Source of the DNA: Klebsormidium nitens
Taxonomy: Eukaryota; Plantae; Klebsormidiophyceae
Direction of reading: 5' to 3'
DNA length: 64,000 bases
Assembly: GCA_000708835.1 (NCBI GenBank)
Contig: DF236972.1
Span: 62,001-126,000, forward strand
The notes beneath the pieces were generated by a model. The model was not told the origin of the DNA. It saw only the letters and a list, made by a program, of their open reading frames with translations, and did no database searches. Positions 46,469 through 59,844 of the stretch are shown piece by piece (the first letter of the stretch is position 1; every line of letters begins with the position of its first letter). The position numbers and the translations under genes are program-made.

Positions 46469-48492
46469 GCATCATCGACGGTGCACAAGTACTTGAGCGG
46501 ACTTCAGACGTGTTGAAGTAACGTTACTTAGGATGAGAAGCGCGAGTTTCTACCGAAACGCGCGACCAGTAGTTTGCCAACCAAAGAGAATAAGCGGTGA
46601 AGTATATGTACTAACCGGGTATTGACAGTAGTCTGAACGCCGGCAATAGTTCGCCCAGTTTGTGTAGTGGCAATAGAAATCCTTGTTTGCTTCCGAATTC
46701 TTAGAAAAATCAGCAACTTCTGGTTGCGTTTTAGATAGCTTTATGGACGATCGAAAACAGATCGTATCTTGATGTTTGATTTAATGGATGATCTGGCTTG
46801 CTGTTGTCAGCATCGCTCGTTCTGGTCAACACGACTTTGCTTTTGAGTTTCGGGGAATTCAGGCCATCGATCAGAGTGATTTCATGTGCGGATTGAACGT
46901 TCGGCTGCACTATATAGAATCCGGTGTACTTTGTAAATATTGGCGCTCTGCTTGTTGCGATATGCATCATGACGCAACTTCCGCAGCTAGCACCGAACCT
47001 TCTAATTGACAAAGTCTGTCCTTGAACTCGCTCGAAAGCTGCCCTCAGACGAATCCGCACAAACACTCCGTATCATGCATGAAAGGAGGCTAAATTGTAA
47101 CTTTGCAAGGTGTCGGGAAAGCTTTCTGCTTTTATCCGTGCCCAGATCGGAACGGCCGTACGAGGCAATAAGACCAATAAACATATTTACCGCCGTGTCA
47201 GCCGCCTGGTTCCTCTTTTGGGATGTAATGGGCTTTTGAAATCTCGATGGGGTATTGTTCTCACTTGTCTCTCGTCATGATCATATGCCGACGTCCGGCC
47301 TGGCAGTCAGCACACGTCTCAAATCGGCTTCGTCCATCCGCGAGTAAATGAAAACGCGCCGGGCTCTACTTTACCCGTCCGTCGCCGTCGTAAGAAGGAT
47401 CGCATGTTTAGCGTTCTCTCATTCAGGAGTAAACTTTATACTGCTCGATCGGTGTACAGGCACCATGCACCTGACCCCAACTTATTAGAATAGCGGGCTT
47501 ATTTCGAACAAGAGATGGTATAACCTCCTCGAGCTATGCTCCAACGCATGCGTGAGGCTTGCATGGAGCGACTGAGCTTATCACGTACCCAATTCTTTCC
47601 GACTTGTCAATGCTTGTCAGTGTACGAATGGCAAAATCCTGGTAAGCTTAAGTTAAGCCGTGCTCGTCCGATCAAGAGTTCTGATTGAATACAACGCGCC
47701 ATGCCGCATGTTGCATGCACAGTGTGCGTTTCGTCGGAGCACGTCCGCGACCGTACTGCTTAAGTTAAAGTGCATGATTGCTAAGATCCAAAAATACCTT
47801 AAGTGCGTGTGTCACTGCCTGGCTGTGTATTTCACATTCTACACTTGTCAGTAGTTTTTACACATCTGGTTATGTCGATCTGCCTCCCATGCTGATTGGA
47901 CACGCGGCCGCGCCGTCTGACGAAAGCGACGGTCCCGGGCCGGTCCAGCTAGATGCACGCTAATCGCATGCTCCAAATTTATGTCAGTGTATTGTCTACA
48001 GTATCACTAGGCAGCTTCTCCCGCCATCTGGCGCGCGGTAAATATTTGCAAGGCGGCTGTTCAAGGATTGGACTCGAGGCTACTGTGCTTTCAATGAAGC
48101 ACGAGATCGGAATACAGAAATCGGATCGCCATGGAACCGTGAACAATGTATTAACAGAGTCTTTGACATCGGGCCGAGCACGCGGCCGTGCATCTTCCAT
48201 ACCATTGTGGACTCGATGCGGGTTGGAAACCTTTGTTAACTAATTGACTCGCTCAAACATGGGTTGCAGACATCAAAATAGAACCAGCCAATGCACCAAT
48301 GACTATGAACGGTGATAGCCATTACGAAGTCGCCCTGAAAGAGGCCACAACGACACTTCTTCACGTATTTCTGTCAAACGCACTATGACAGCATTGAAGC
48401 CGAAAGCCGGTTCTTCTTCGTCCGGCTTATTACAAGGTACTGTACACAAGAAACAAAAAGGTGGACTCCTATGCGGAGTCCGAGGAGCGGGT

Positions 48493-51400
48493 TCACAGCA
48501 GCTCGAGCGCGTTTGATTCTTTTCTGTATTCTCGCAAAATGACGGGGACGCTTGTTGGCGGGATCTGCAAAACAGGATGCAAAGACGTCAGCTTCACAGA
48601 CTAAGTGGGGAGAAGTCAATGTGTGCACGTTTTGAGGAATCAGGGATGCGGGACTTGACAGACGCCGGGCGGCCTTATTCCAAAACAGGCCGCTCGATCA
48701 TAGAGCAAAGGGGCATACGCACTGCCAATGCTAGAGTGTACAATCGAAAGCTGCCTGTTCTGCCTCCGCCGAACGCTGGCAGATGGGTGAAGACACTTGA
48801 TGAAGACACGAAGGTTTTCGAAACTGCAACCAGACCCATGCACGCCCAAACCGGCCGTTGGCGAAATCGGGTTGACACATGCGTCTCGGGCACTTGCCTA
48901 ATCTCGCGAGCTTCCTTACACCGTTTCTTGCATTTGCTGCGATCAGTCCTCCCGCTACACAGAAGACTCGCGACCCCGCCTGGCCAGGCTGCGCTTCGTG
49001 CAACGGTGAAATCCAAAATAACATGCGCTTCCAGTCAGAGTCTTTTCATGCACTGCTGCCACGTGGCAAAACCAGGATGCGCCACGTGCTCACCAGGCCG
49101 AGCTCGGTGATGATCATGGCGACGTAGTCCGCCGGCATGGCGTCATACGTCAGATTCAGCAGTTGCAGGTTGTCGTTCTTGTCCCAGCCTTGGAGCTCCG
49201 TCAGCTCTTTCCGCCCGGGAACGTCCACCAAAGCCTCGGGGTTGCCTGCCGGAAGAACATAATGGTCCAACTTAACCAGCAAGTTTTTAAAGAGGTGCTC
49301 CTGTTGCACTTCATTAGATTCTGTGACAGACTTTGGAGCTCCGTCTTCCGCCCCGGAACGTCCACCAGAGCCTCGGGGTTGCCTGCGGAAAAACATAATA
49401 GTTCAAATTAACCAGCAAGTTTTCAAAAACTTGCTTCTGTTGCACTTCATTAGATCCTGTGACAGCCTTTGGAGCTCCGTCAGCTCTTTCCGCCCCGGAA
49501 CGTCCACCAAAGCCTCGGGGTTGCCTGTCGGAAAAGAAGAAAACGTATGAAACTAGATTAGCAACTTTTCAAAAACGTGCTTCTGTGGCACTTCATTAGA
49601 TCCTGTGACAGCCTTTGGAGCTCCGTCAGCTCTTTCCGCCCCAAAACGTCCACCAGAGCCTCGGGGTTGCTTGCGGACAATGGGAGGTATGAGAATCTAG
49701 AGCAGGGAGATGTTCGCAGACTTCTTTCAACTGCACATTGCCGTTCTTGTCCTAGCTTTGGTACCTCCATCCGTTGTTTCCGTCCGAAACGTCCACCAAA
49801 ACCTTGGGATTGCCTGAAAAGGTCCAAAGGCTTTCTACAACTGCAGTAGAGCAATGAGTTCCTCAAGCGTTTTCCTAGGTGCAATCGCTTTCTTTGTCCC
49901 AGCTTCGAACTTCCTGCGTTCGACCGGCCACATCCACCAAAGTCGGGAGTGCGTGCGGAAGCTTGCAGATTCTTCAAAGCGGATGGATGCAATAAGCACA
50001 AGCAGTAGCCGTTGTCAGTCAGAACCGGTGCAAGATCGAGGCGTAAGTGATAGGCGATTCGTTTTGCGGGACACCTAAGATGGTTACAGACTTGGCGACG
50101 GGCTTCGAGGTTTGTGAGTCGAAATAACAGAACGATTTTTACCCAGCGTCTGTCCGGAAAGCAGTGGGCCATTCACAACAGTTGGCAGATGTAGCCGACA
50201 ACGTTCGAAGCGTCGGCCTTTGCCAGGAACTGAGGAGCTGAAAATCCTTGCATACACACCCATTGATTCAATAAGCAGGTACTCGGTTCTGGTTGAGTGG
50301 CCCTACGGGAAGATAGACTCGTTCGGCTGGACTCTGGAATGCGTGTCGCAGCTACAGAATATGATCACGGTTGAATAGAGTGTCAACGGCGAAAAGATAA
50401 GAACGATAGGAAAACGAAAGGAGCCACGTTTTTCCAAGGTCCTAGATACTCACCTAGCTCGTTGGAGCAGATGGAGTCTAATTGCACTCGTTCGTGGAAC
50501 TTGTACGTTTCGCAGCAAATGAGAACGGGGACACTGTAGGCGTGCGCAACCTGCAGAGTCGGAAGAGCTCAGTTCTCTGCAGTTCCCGAGATCCGACACC
50601 AAGCCAAAATTAACGAACCAATGAACGAACTTGAAAGCCAAGCAGTAGGTGGCTTTCGTAGCGCCATTCGCCGCTGGTGGAAACAACTTGGCTGTGCTAC
50701 GTATGACTCAATTTGCGATGTGCTAGTTATGATTCGATTTTGTGTACAATCAGTCAGCTAACCAGAGTGACCGCCGTTAAAACCACATAGGCCGTCCAAA
50801 CCAATTGACAAGGCCTGTCTAACACTTGTGACAAGGCGCCAACCATACAGTGCTTGCATCAGGGAGCTTCGGCGTTTTCCATTCGTCTAACCTATGCCTT
50901 TGTAACAGCATGACAACGCCGTTTGCAAGGACGCTGGCGGCTCGAAGAAAGTCCGAAAGATTCGTGCAATGTAGCACAAACCATCTAGAAGCGACCAAGT
51001 CCCTAAAACCGTGGATATCTACAACCCTTTCAAGGAAAGCTTCACTATCTCACCATAGCAGTAGCCGCGCTGCCGGCACGCGAGACGACGACACCGTTTG
51101 CTAAGACGGTCGCGGCTCCGAGGAAGACCCGGTCCACTTCTTGCATTATGTAGCACAGGCCGTTCACGTGGGTGTACGTGCACTTGAGCCCTTTTTGGAG
51201 CAGCCGCCGTAAGAGGGCTTTTCCTTCCAGTCGTGGCCGTGAGTCAACCTGGGTGAAGAAGAAGATGCAATTCAACTTGGTGCGATAAGGGCTGGCTAAG
51301 CATGAGGAAACGGAGACAAATGTGGCCGTTCACTTGAGCCCTTTTTGGACCAACCGCCGGAGCAGGGCCTTGCCTTCCAGCCGTGGCCGTGAATCAACCT

Positions 51401-54400
51401 GGGTTAAGAACCTGGGTCAAAAAGTGAACTTGGTGCGACAAGGGCTGGCTTACAAGGAGGGAAATGGCTCAGAGACGTGGCCCTCGTGCACATGTCTGCC
51501 CGAGAGCCCGGCAGCCGGCCTAGCAGAGCCTTTCCCGTCCGGCCGTAGTCTCAAATGGACCTATTGCTCGTGCGATGTGAGAATGGTTTTCATGAGAAGG
51601 TTGCGATTTGTCAAGCCGGGTGCCATTCCCCAGGGCGTATGAGAAGCTTCGTTTGGCGGCAGAAGCCCCCCTGACAGGGCCTGGCGTTCCAGTAGCGGTC
51701 GTGAACCACTCTGGATTAGGGGAAACACCAGATTGATCACGAATCACTGCCGGCGTTTTTAGCAGTCTAAGCGAGACCGTCCACTTCGGCGGGCGCTCAA
51801 TGGACCAATTTCCATTCTAGATACAGTAAGTCGCTCGCTTACAAGCTACAAGGTCAAGCAGAGGACCTCTTTCTTTGAGCACGGGGGTTACGCACAAGAA
51901 GCATTCACATGAAAAAGTGTACGAAGCAGCAGAATCTGGTGTAGGCGGAACGGAGACCAGCGCAAAAATAGTGACGAGATTCAAGAAAAACGAAGAAAAC
52001 TACAGCAGAAGCAAACACTAAGTGAGTAGAAAGGCGATGCTAAGCTGAGTGCCGAAACAATCGCAGACCATCAGACGTACAAAAAGCTCGCGCACTAACC
52101 ACTACCACCCGGAAGTTCTTGCCGCGCGCGTGTGCCGCTTCCAAAATCTTCTCGACCACGTGACTATGCCCATGCGTCAGCACGACGTCACCCTCCCGGA
52201 TCTTCTCCACTGCGTGGTCCACAATGACCTTGTCCGCAAACACAATCTTCTCCTACAGGACAACCGGAAAAAGCTTTCAATTGAGGATTCAAATTTGACA
52301 TTTTCGTATGTGGTCGACCGTCGAATGAAACTTTGTTCGAGACCTCGCCGTGAAAGTGCACGTGACACAGGTCGCGGCACTCAAGACGGCATAGGGATCG
52401 CCGAGGGTCAGGAGCTGTTTCTCGATTCCAATATCGCACTTATAAAGTGCTCTTCCATAACGAGAAGAACAACCGCGAACTCATACTTGCAGACTTGTCG
52501 TTGCGGTGGATTTGGTAGAAAGCAGCTAAAGGACCAGACGCGATCCAAGGTGGAAGCTATCCCAGGTAGCTAACGTGCACGAAGCACAATCTGAGTATTG
52601 GGATCCTAAAAGGGTGCCCTAAGTTCTAAAAGGAACCGCGACTTACCTGACCCTACTCTTCACAAAGGAGGCATTTAAACAGGCATGTAGTCCGCTCACT
52701 TGTATAAACTTGTCGATGTCTTCTATAAGCGACTTCTTTGCTTCCGCTTCCGTGAAGTGGCCCGGCAGCTTGAGTATCCGCGTCTTGAGCAGCTTGATCG
52801 CGTTGCCCATGCTGACCGCGTGCGGCCGGCACGTCGTCAGGAATTGCACGTGGGAGTTGATCTTGGCAGTCAAGTCTCGAACCAGAGTCTGGTAAGAACG
52901 TGAGCAGGATCAGTGGACGTAAAAGGTCGAACTGGGAATATTGGACCGGAAGGTGTATCTGAATATGAGTTTGACAGCTGAGAGTCTCTGTGCCAATCGG
53001 TGATTTGTGGACGAGCCACAATGGCAGCGGGGTTTGAGTACGGAAGGTCTTTGCTGTTCCAATGCCCCGATTCGACTAATTTTTAGGCTCGCGGTTCTTC
53101 TGCTTGATGGAGAAGCGACTCGAAACGACGATGGAGAGGCCAGTAGCTACGCCAACCGTTGAGTATCATACGCCATACGACAATCCCAAACGCGCTCTGC
53201 GCATGCCCTCGGCGCATCAGTCACTCAACTGTGCAAAGAGGTCTTGATGGCGCTCCTCTTCAGTCAGTGCGTAGGAGGGACTCCTGAGAGCTTTTTAATG
53301 GGCATAAAGCAGTCGACTCTGCTCAAATGCATGCACAACGCGACCCGCATGACAGCGAGTGAAACATCCGGAACAACTCACCTTTTGAGGGGGCGTGCTG
53401 TAGTCGCGGATCATTTCTGCGAACGCGAGCAGCATGGCTACACAGCGCGCGTTGGCACCGACGATGTCGCCAGTCAAATACCGGAGGCCGACCTGTAAAA
53501 GAGACGAACGCAAAGGCTGACGCACTCAGGAACTTACGGAGACCTCTCCTTCTCTTTCCAAAGGTGTCGTAATCTCATTAGTCGTTTCCAACTATTGTCA
53601 TCAAGCCCCCAACGAACGATCCAACTTGTGTGAACCTGCCGTGTACTGGAAGTCAATTTGTCGGACAGAAGCCGTCACAAGTCGATAACAAAACCAAAAC
53701 GTCCTTTGAGTTGCCTTCATCAAGCGCACCGGCCCTAGGCCGCCTGACAAACTATCAGAGTGTTCCAAGTATCAAACGGTTTGACGACTACAAACCACTG
53801 GCGACTCGACTTCGATCGTCACCGCGTATGAAGTTCTCAGGTAAATAGCAGGATGTGAGTCCATCTGCGGCTCTTATTCCGTAGTCACGACATACCAAAC
53901 TTTCGCCCTCACCTGATAAACCGCGGGGTGCGGGTGACCCGGCTCCTGCACTCGGAAGAACTTGGCCTCGGCCGACGGGAGCTGGCTGCCGTGCACGTAC
54001 TGCGGCAGGTGCCGGAAGAGCTCGACGCGGTTCTTCGTCTCCGTCTGCTCGACAATGTTCTTCTTGGTGGCCTTGGCGACGCGGTCCTTGTCGTCGAACT
54101 GCATCCGAACGGCTGGAACGGGGGGCTTCTTTTCAGACCCGGCGAGGGATCCCTCTCGCCGGGGCGTAGCCTGGAGATGAAAACGAGTAGATAGAGTGCG
54201 CTCTTGGAGGGCCTCAAGAACGTGGGTTGGGGAGACTGGCAAAGACGCGCGCATGGTGAGGGACCGTGGCCCTGGCAAGTGCAGCCTTCGGTGTTGTCAG
54301 AGAAGCGCGATCCCGTGACGAGAAATGCTGCTCTCTTGAGGCACCATGGGCGCTTTCTGCACGGCCCCGATCAGAAACAAATAGATAAAGGGAGCTCGAT

Positions 54401-55652
54401 CTGCAAGAATGATGTTGATCCGAAGCAGCAGCCGTGCATATTGTGGGGCTGCGGCCGCTCTGCAACCGGTCACGCTAGAGTGACGAACAAAAACGAAGAG
54501 GTCGTTCAGACTTCTTGTGCACAGCTTTCGAAACCCACCTAGATGGCCTGTGAGCCAGAATACATTAGAGCCGACTGATTTGAGATAGAAAAGGCATCAG
54601 ACAGCTCCTCAAATGGGCAAGAGTGAGTGAAAACTCTTGCATCTGGTCAATTGAGTAGATACAACTTGATCAGATACTCAATGCTCAATTCTCAGCGATG
54701 AAAGCGCTACCTGCGTGTAGCTAGCACTTGCAAATCTGGACTTGTCTGACGGGTTCCTGGTGTTTGTTCACAGGGACAAAGTTCGCATTGAGAAAATCAA
54801 ATGTTCAAAGGGCAGTATTGTCGTCTGCGCTTGATAGCGGGCATACCGGACCGATCAGAATAGGACAGAGCAGATGCAGACTTAATGAAAGGTCAACCAG
54901 ATAGCTGGAATTGAGCAAGAAAGATGTCACCACAACCCATGCAAACTTTCTCAAATGCAGCGCTGACTGTATCCTACCTTTGGCGTCTTTGGCTCTGCCG
55001 GCTTGCCTCCCCCCTTCTTCTCATCCCCACCTCCTGCCACGCTCCCTTTTACGCTCGGAGCTTTCCCGCCCCCCTGCGCCGCAGCTTTGGCCGCCCTTTG
55101 CGCCTCTTGAATTGCCTTCCGTTCCGCCCTGGTCGTCTTCGGCTTCTCCTTGACACCGCCGATTGCGGCCTTCTCAGAGACGGAGGCGGCAATTGGCGCT
55201 GGTGTCAACCCCACGGACGGCCCTGCAAACCCGCCGGCCGGCACCGACGCTGACGCAATGCTGACCTGGCGCACCATGGTGGTCACAGTAGACAAACTCG
55301 CCGGGACCTCTGACACCGCCTCCCCGCCGCTCCTGTCGCTGCCCCCAAACGAAGAAGACAGTGTCAAGTCCTCCGAAACCCTGCTCGCTTCAATGTTGGC
55401 GTTCTTGAGGGCATCCACGGTAACGGTCTTGAGCGCTGCGGTCGTTTTGGAGTTTATTTCCTGGGAAAGGGTCGATGAAGCGATGATCGGGCGGGGGGGG
55501 ATGATCACGGGAGCGGGGGAGCTCTGGCCGGGCCCGTTCAAAACTACTTGTTGGAGAGGGATCTCAGGCTCTGTGCCGGGAGTAACAAAACCAACTCGCC
55601 GCACAATGGGGTCCATGCCCTGCCGACTCCCGCGGCGGCTGCCGCCGTCCAT
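48493..55652 (-). CDS. EIF2B4: Translation initiation factor eIF2B subunit delta, 9 exons (55652-54978, 54170-53913, 53492-53382, 52888-52700, 52252-52100, 51248-51054, 50550-50454, 49245-49094, 48564-48493)
   Basis: [105 protein letters not shown]. Confidence 0.95.
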
Positions 55653-56178
55653 TGCAACAAAGCTGATTGCAAAATTCAAAGCGGCGCCAAGACTGAGAAG
55701 GAGCAAGGTTATGCAATTCCGTTGGGGGCGACCGGGGGAGCGTCTGTGCTGGATGACTGCTGGCAGAGGAACTCAAAGCTCCCCTTCAAACCAATGGAAG
55801 CGCACAATGGCTTTAGCTTCCTAGACAACGACACACCCAGATTGTCAATGTACTCAAGCGCACGATTTCAGCGGAGGTCTTCTTGACAGTGCGCTTCATT
55901 TCATGCTGGAAACTAGAGGTAGAAGCATGTCGTGGTTTGCCGATGAAGTACAGATATGCCGAGGATGTATAGAAGTTGCAAGGTGGTTGAATTGTAATTG
56001 TTGAGACTGGTGACGGAAGGAAGTAGAGAAACTTGCGTTGCATAATGAAATGACACGTCGGATAATGAGTAAAAGGTGGCGGCATTGAGCCTTGAGGCCC
56101 AACGAGGAAGGTTGGCATTGGCAACGTGGTTGGACGTGGTCGGGCGGCGCTCTTGGGAGCTCTCCTCCTGTTTCGTGT

Positions 56179-57710
56179 ATGGCTGCCTTGATCGCTTGCC
56201 AAAGTACATGCGTGTTTAAAAATGTTTCTCTGTTGAAGACACACAGGCTTTTGCGGCACGTAAGCGCAGCGGCGCTCCAAAGGTCCCATCAGTCACGTCC
56301 AGCTTATCGCTGCACATTGCGCCTGGCATCTAATGCTGCTTCAATTGTAGGAAACCTAGCCCAGCTTTCAGAGGCTTGTAACGCATCCAGCTTCATTCCT
56401 GAGAAAAACAGCGTTCATGCCTCCAGCTCACTTGTGCTTTCAGATTCTGCGAAAGTTAGCCCCAGCAAGAGCTTTCGAGGTGTCATTTGTTGTTTGAGAA
56501 GTGAACCTGGAAGCACAACCAGGAGCGTTAGAAGACAGGGGCGCCGCATGGTGGGCCAACTAGCGAATCCAGAGAAGCCAAAGAAATACACAAAGTCGAA
56601 CCTTCCAGAGAAAATATGCATTGTGTGCAATCGGCCATTCAACTGGTGAGTGTGACAAATGCAGTCAGTTGCATCTGACTTTTGCTACTTGTAGTTTTCT
56701 TGCTGCCACCACCGCCTCGGAATATGTTACTGCTATGATTTATCGTTTTTCAAGGCTGTCACATGGAGCACTGGTGAAGGGGTCTGCTGTGTTAGATCTC
56801 TGTACTTTCGACAAAAGAGAATGACTGTGGGACTGAAATCGTATACCACCACTGAGCTCCATACCAGCATTGTCTTCTGTCTCCAACACGTCATTGGGGG
56901 GTCATAAGTGATGCTCGCACTGCCAGTCGCTTCATGTCTGGTGACATATGCAAGTTCGCCTGTGTGCCCCAGCTGGCCTCTAATTTGCCTTCTTTATTCT
57001 TGAAGGTAGAGTACAGTGTTTAGTGAAGAGGATGTCTGGAGAAACACGTGATCTTGAGGGCCCTTTTTGAACTCTCAAGGAGAAGGGCTGGCAAAAGTAG
57101 TGAGGACTCTTCCGGAATCTTGAAGCATCTGTCAGACTCGGAGTGTTTCGTCACTGCATCTGAGGCTTACTTTCTGAGTCATTACACACACACTTCTATT
57201 ACAGGAGGAAGAAGTGGGAAAAGTGCTGGGATGAAGTCAAGTAAGTTTTCTCTCCATCTCTTGACAGCCAAGCGAGGATACTCCAAGGATGTAATGAGTT
57301 TGTTTTGAATCTCATTTACCATCTCAAGCGCTCACAGTTCATCAACAAAGTTGTAAAAGGTTGAAAGCTCAGATGCAGCATAGCCTATTGTTCTCAATCC
57401 TGCGTACGAACGTTCGCACATTGAGCTGCAGTGGACATGCGAAGATCCTCGCTACGCTCTTTTGTTTCTCTGAAGGACTACTACAACGGTCACCACTATC
57501 GCAGGCAGATTCTTTCCTTCCAGTAGTGAACATCTCTTCGGGTGCACTCAAAGTGGACTCTTCAGCAGCACAGGGGAAAACGAACCGTCTGGTTGAGTTG
57601 CAACGGACTTGATTCTCAACAAGAGGTTTCAATGCATGTGCAGGTACTGTAGCGAACGTTGTCGAAGGGCCAGTAAGATGGGCGGCCCTGCTTCAAATGA
57701 GGAGCAGTAA
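56179..57710 (+). CDS. DUF2256-family small Cys-motif protein with long N-terminal (organelle-targeting-like) extension; exons 56179-56645, 57205-57240, 57644-57710
   Basis: Spliced [38 protein letters not shown] matches the DUF2256 pattern as I recall it; phase-2 introns consistent. Confidence 0.85.
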
Positions 57711-59068
57711 TGTCATTCCAGGTGAAGATGAGTGACAGGAATGCGGGGGGAAGCCGCTCATAGGAAGCTAAGAGCGACGCGGGTGTGTGGGTATGTATGG
57801 GATGTGCGGAGGGAGCTCTGCGAGGCAACAACTCGAAGGAATGCATTGTAGCAGGAGGAAAGCCGATGGCAGAAGAGTTTGGCGTTTAGGACTCCGGGTC
57901 GAGGAGCTGCGGACAAAAAACATGGAGGTGGTGATTTTGTAGAGATGGCCAGGGAACGGCCGCAGGAGTCTACGGCGCCCCAGTATGATGAGTCGGAAAT
58001 GCGGGGGTGCATTTTCGAACGTCAAGTTACTGAAGGAGGCGATGGCGGGTTGCCATATCACAACATCCACGACGCCTGTTGCACAAGCCGGGGCGCTCAA
58101 TAGGACAAAAAGCCGCAGACGGTTTGCTTTAGGCATGCAATGTATCGGGGAAAACTGAGCGATGGGGCGCGGGGGATTCGTGGGGCGTTGCAAAAGGCCC
58201 CATAGATCTGCCCGCAGTGGATCTGGGTGCTGAGGCTGACGGGCTTCGGGGCTCGCTAGCGGGCGCGCTTACCAAGCGAAGTCCTCAGCATGGTCAGAAA
58301 AATAGGTGGGTGAGAGAGCTGCGAGAGGCGAAGAAGCCGCTCGCAGAGCAACCATTGAAGCGGGAGGCCAGGAAAGAGGGCTCGTTTCTCCTCGTCGGAA
58401 GGAGGATGAGGCCCTGAGGGAACCTCGCACCGAAAAAGAAAGTCAGGAAGGAGAGCGGACACGGAGTGCGTGGTGCAGATTGGTAAGCTGTCGCATGGCC
58501 AGCAATAGACGGAATAAGCAGAGAGCAAGGCGAGCGAATACCAGAGACATTAGCACGGCAAGATACTACTGAGGTTTCAGCAAGCGTGTTATCATGGTAT
58601 GGTAGAAAGCCTGTCGGCAGCCGGGCTCAGGTGAGTTGTGAGTGGCATCCGGTCCGGTGCCCATATGGCGGCGGATCTACGGTGCCCCTCGTTAGGAATA
58701 CTCATAAACCATGTAATCAAGGCAGCATAGTGACTCAGCGGAAAACGGCAGGTCCGCGAACGCCGGGGGTGTGGCAAGCACAGGCTCTCGGCGGCTTTGA
58801 ACCCTGCATGCCCTCCACAACGTGACTTGGTTGTTCTAGGTTTTTGATTGAGCTCTGACTCTGACCTTCACTAAACCCAGCTCCAGTGAGTGCGAAAGTG
58901 GCTCTGACTTTTCGTTCATGCTTCGAAACGGCCGCATTGGCGCTGCATCACTGGCTAGCTTTGTACAATGTCAATGATCGACTCGATATGATCCTTTGAA
59001 GTGACACTTTCAGTACGGTTTCCAACATTCAATATGCAATTGCTTGCTAATGATAATTGACCGGACTC

Positions 59069-59395
59069 AATCAAGCGCGCCATGAGTTATAATTAAGCTC
59101 GGGCGGCCTTTCAGTGCATATGTTGCGCGTGCATGGAAAAAGCTTCTGAGATCTTACAAGCACCGTATACGTACCGTACGTCTCAGTCTGCAACACGTGT
59201 TGATGTATAGCTTGTATATACACGGCTATGGTGACGATCGCAGATGGTGATTGGATATGAGCGACATGCAGGAACTTCAGTGCCGCATCATTACCACTGC
59301 CGCATTGTACCATTTGAAGCAATCCGACACGAGCGACGCATATACATGATTGCCACGATTTTACTGACACACGTCCAGGTAAGGCGCGCTTGATT
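59069..59395. mobile_element. Possible MITE
   Basis: 13-bp perfect inverted repeat AATCAAGCGCGCC/GGCGCGCTTGATT around ~300 bp non-coding DNA; no clear target-site duplication. Confidence 0.35.
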
Positions 59396-59844
59396 TAAAG
59401 ATAGTACCGGCCTATGATACAGAGCGTGGAATCACGTAATGTGCGAGCAATAGTCCATACATCAGTCCCGCCGAGCATCCTATCTACTCTTTTTAGCTTC
59501 TTGCTCACCCTTCCATAGCGCTGTCTGCAGAATCCCACGGTAGCGAAAGATTGCCAACGCCCTGTCCTATCTCTGCAGCCAGCCCGGCCCCGTTAAGAAG
59601 TAAGCTCAACGCAAGCGTTCCAAAGAGCCATACGCGCATCTCGTTTATAACAACCGCTTGAGTGCCCATAGACCGTTCTTATGCCGGCTTATTTAGCGCC
59701 GGCCTATTTAACACAACAACCACAGTAACAGGCAACTAATGACTGTCTTCGTCCAATATTAGAAGTATAACCGCTCCATTATCCAAACAAAATGTTATAC
59801 TGTATCGTCCCAACTCTCGGTTGGTGCCGTACACGTTTCAGTGA

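Larger units (their letters stand above)
33900..47130. repeat. Large inverted duplication: arms ~33900-38560 and ~42630-47130, spacer ~4.1 kb
   Basis: Reverse-complement similarity in exons, introns, TATA region (38536 vs 42633) and 3' flanks (e.g. CAGCCAGATCATCCAACAAATCAAACATCAAG near 34344 vs its counterpart near 46770). Outer limits approximate. Confidence 0.9.

Noticed and set aside
57760-58580. Several short ORFs between DUF2256 and ABCB
   Set aside because: No homology or convincing splice structure; probably UTR or intergenic.
58780-58815. B-box-like GGTTCAAAGCC on the minus strand
   Set aside because: No cloverleaf or A box, so not a tRNA or SINE on this evidence.
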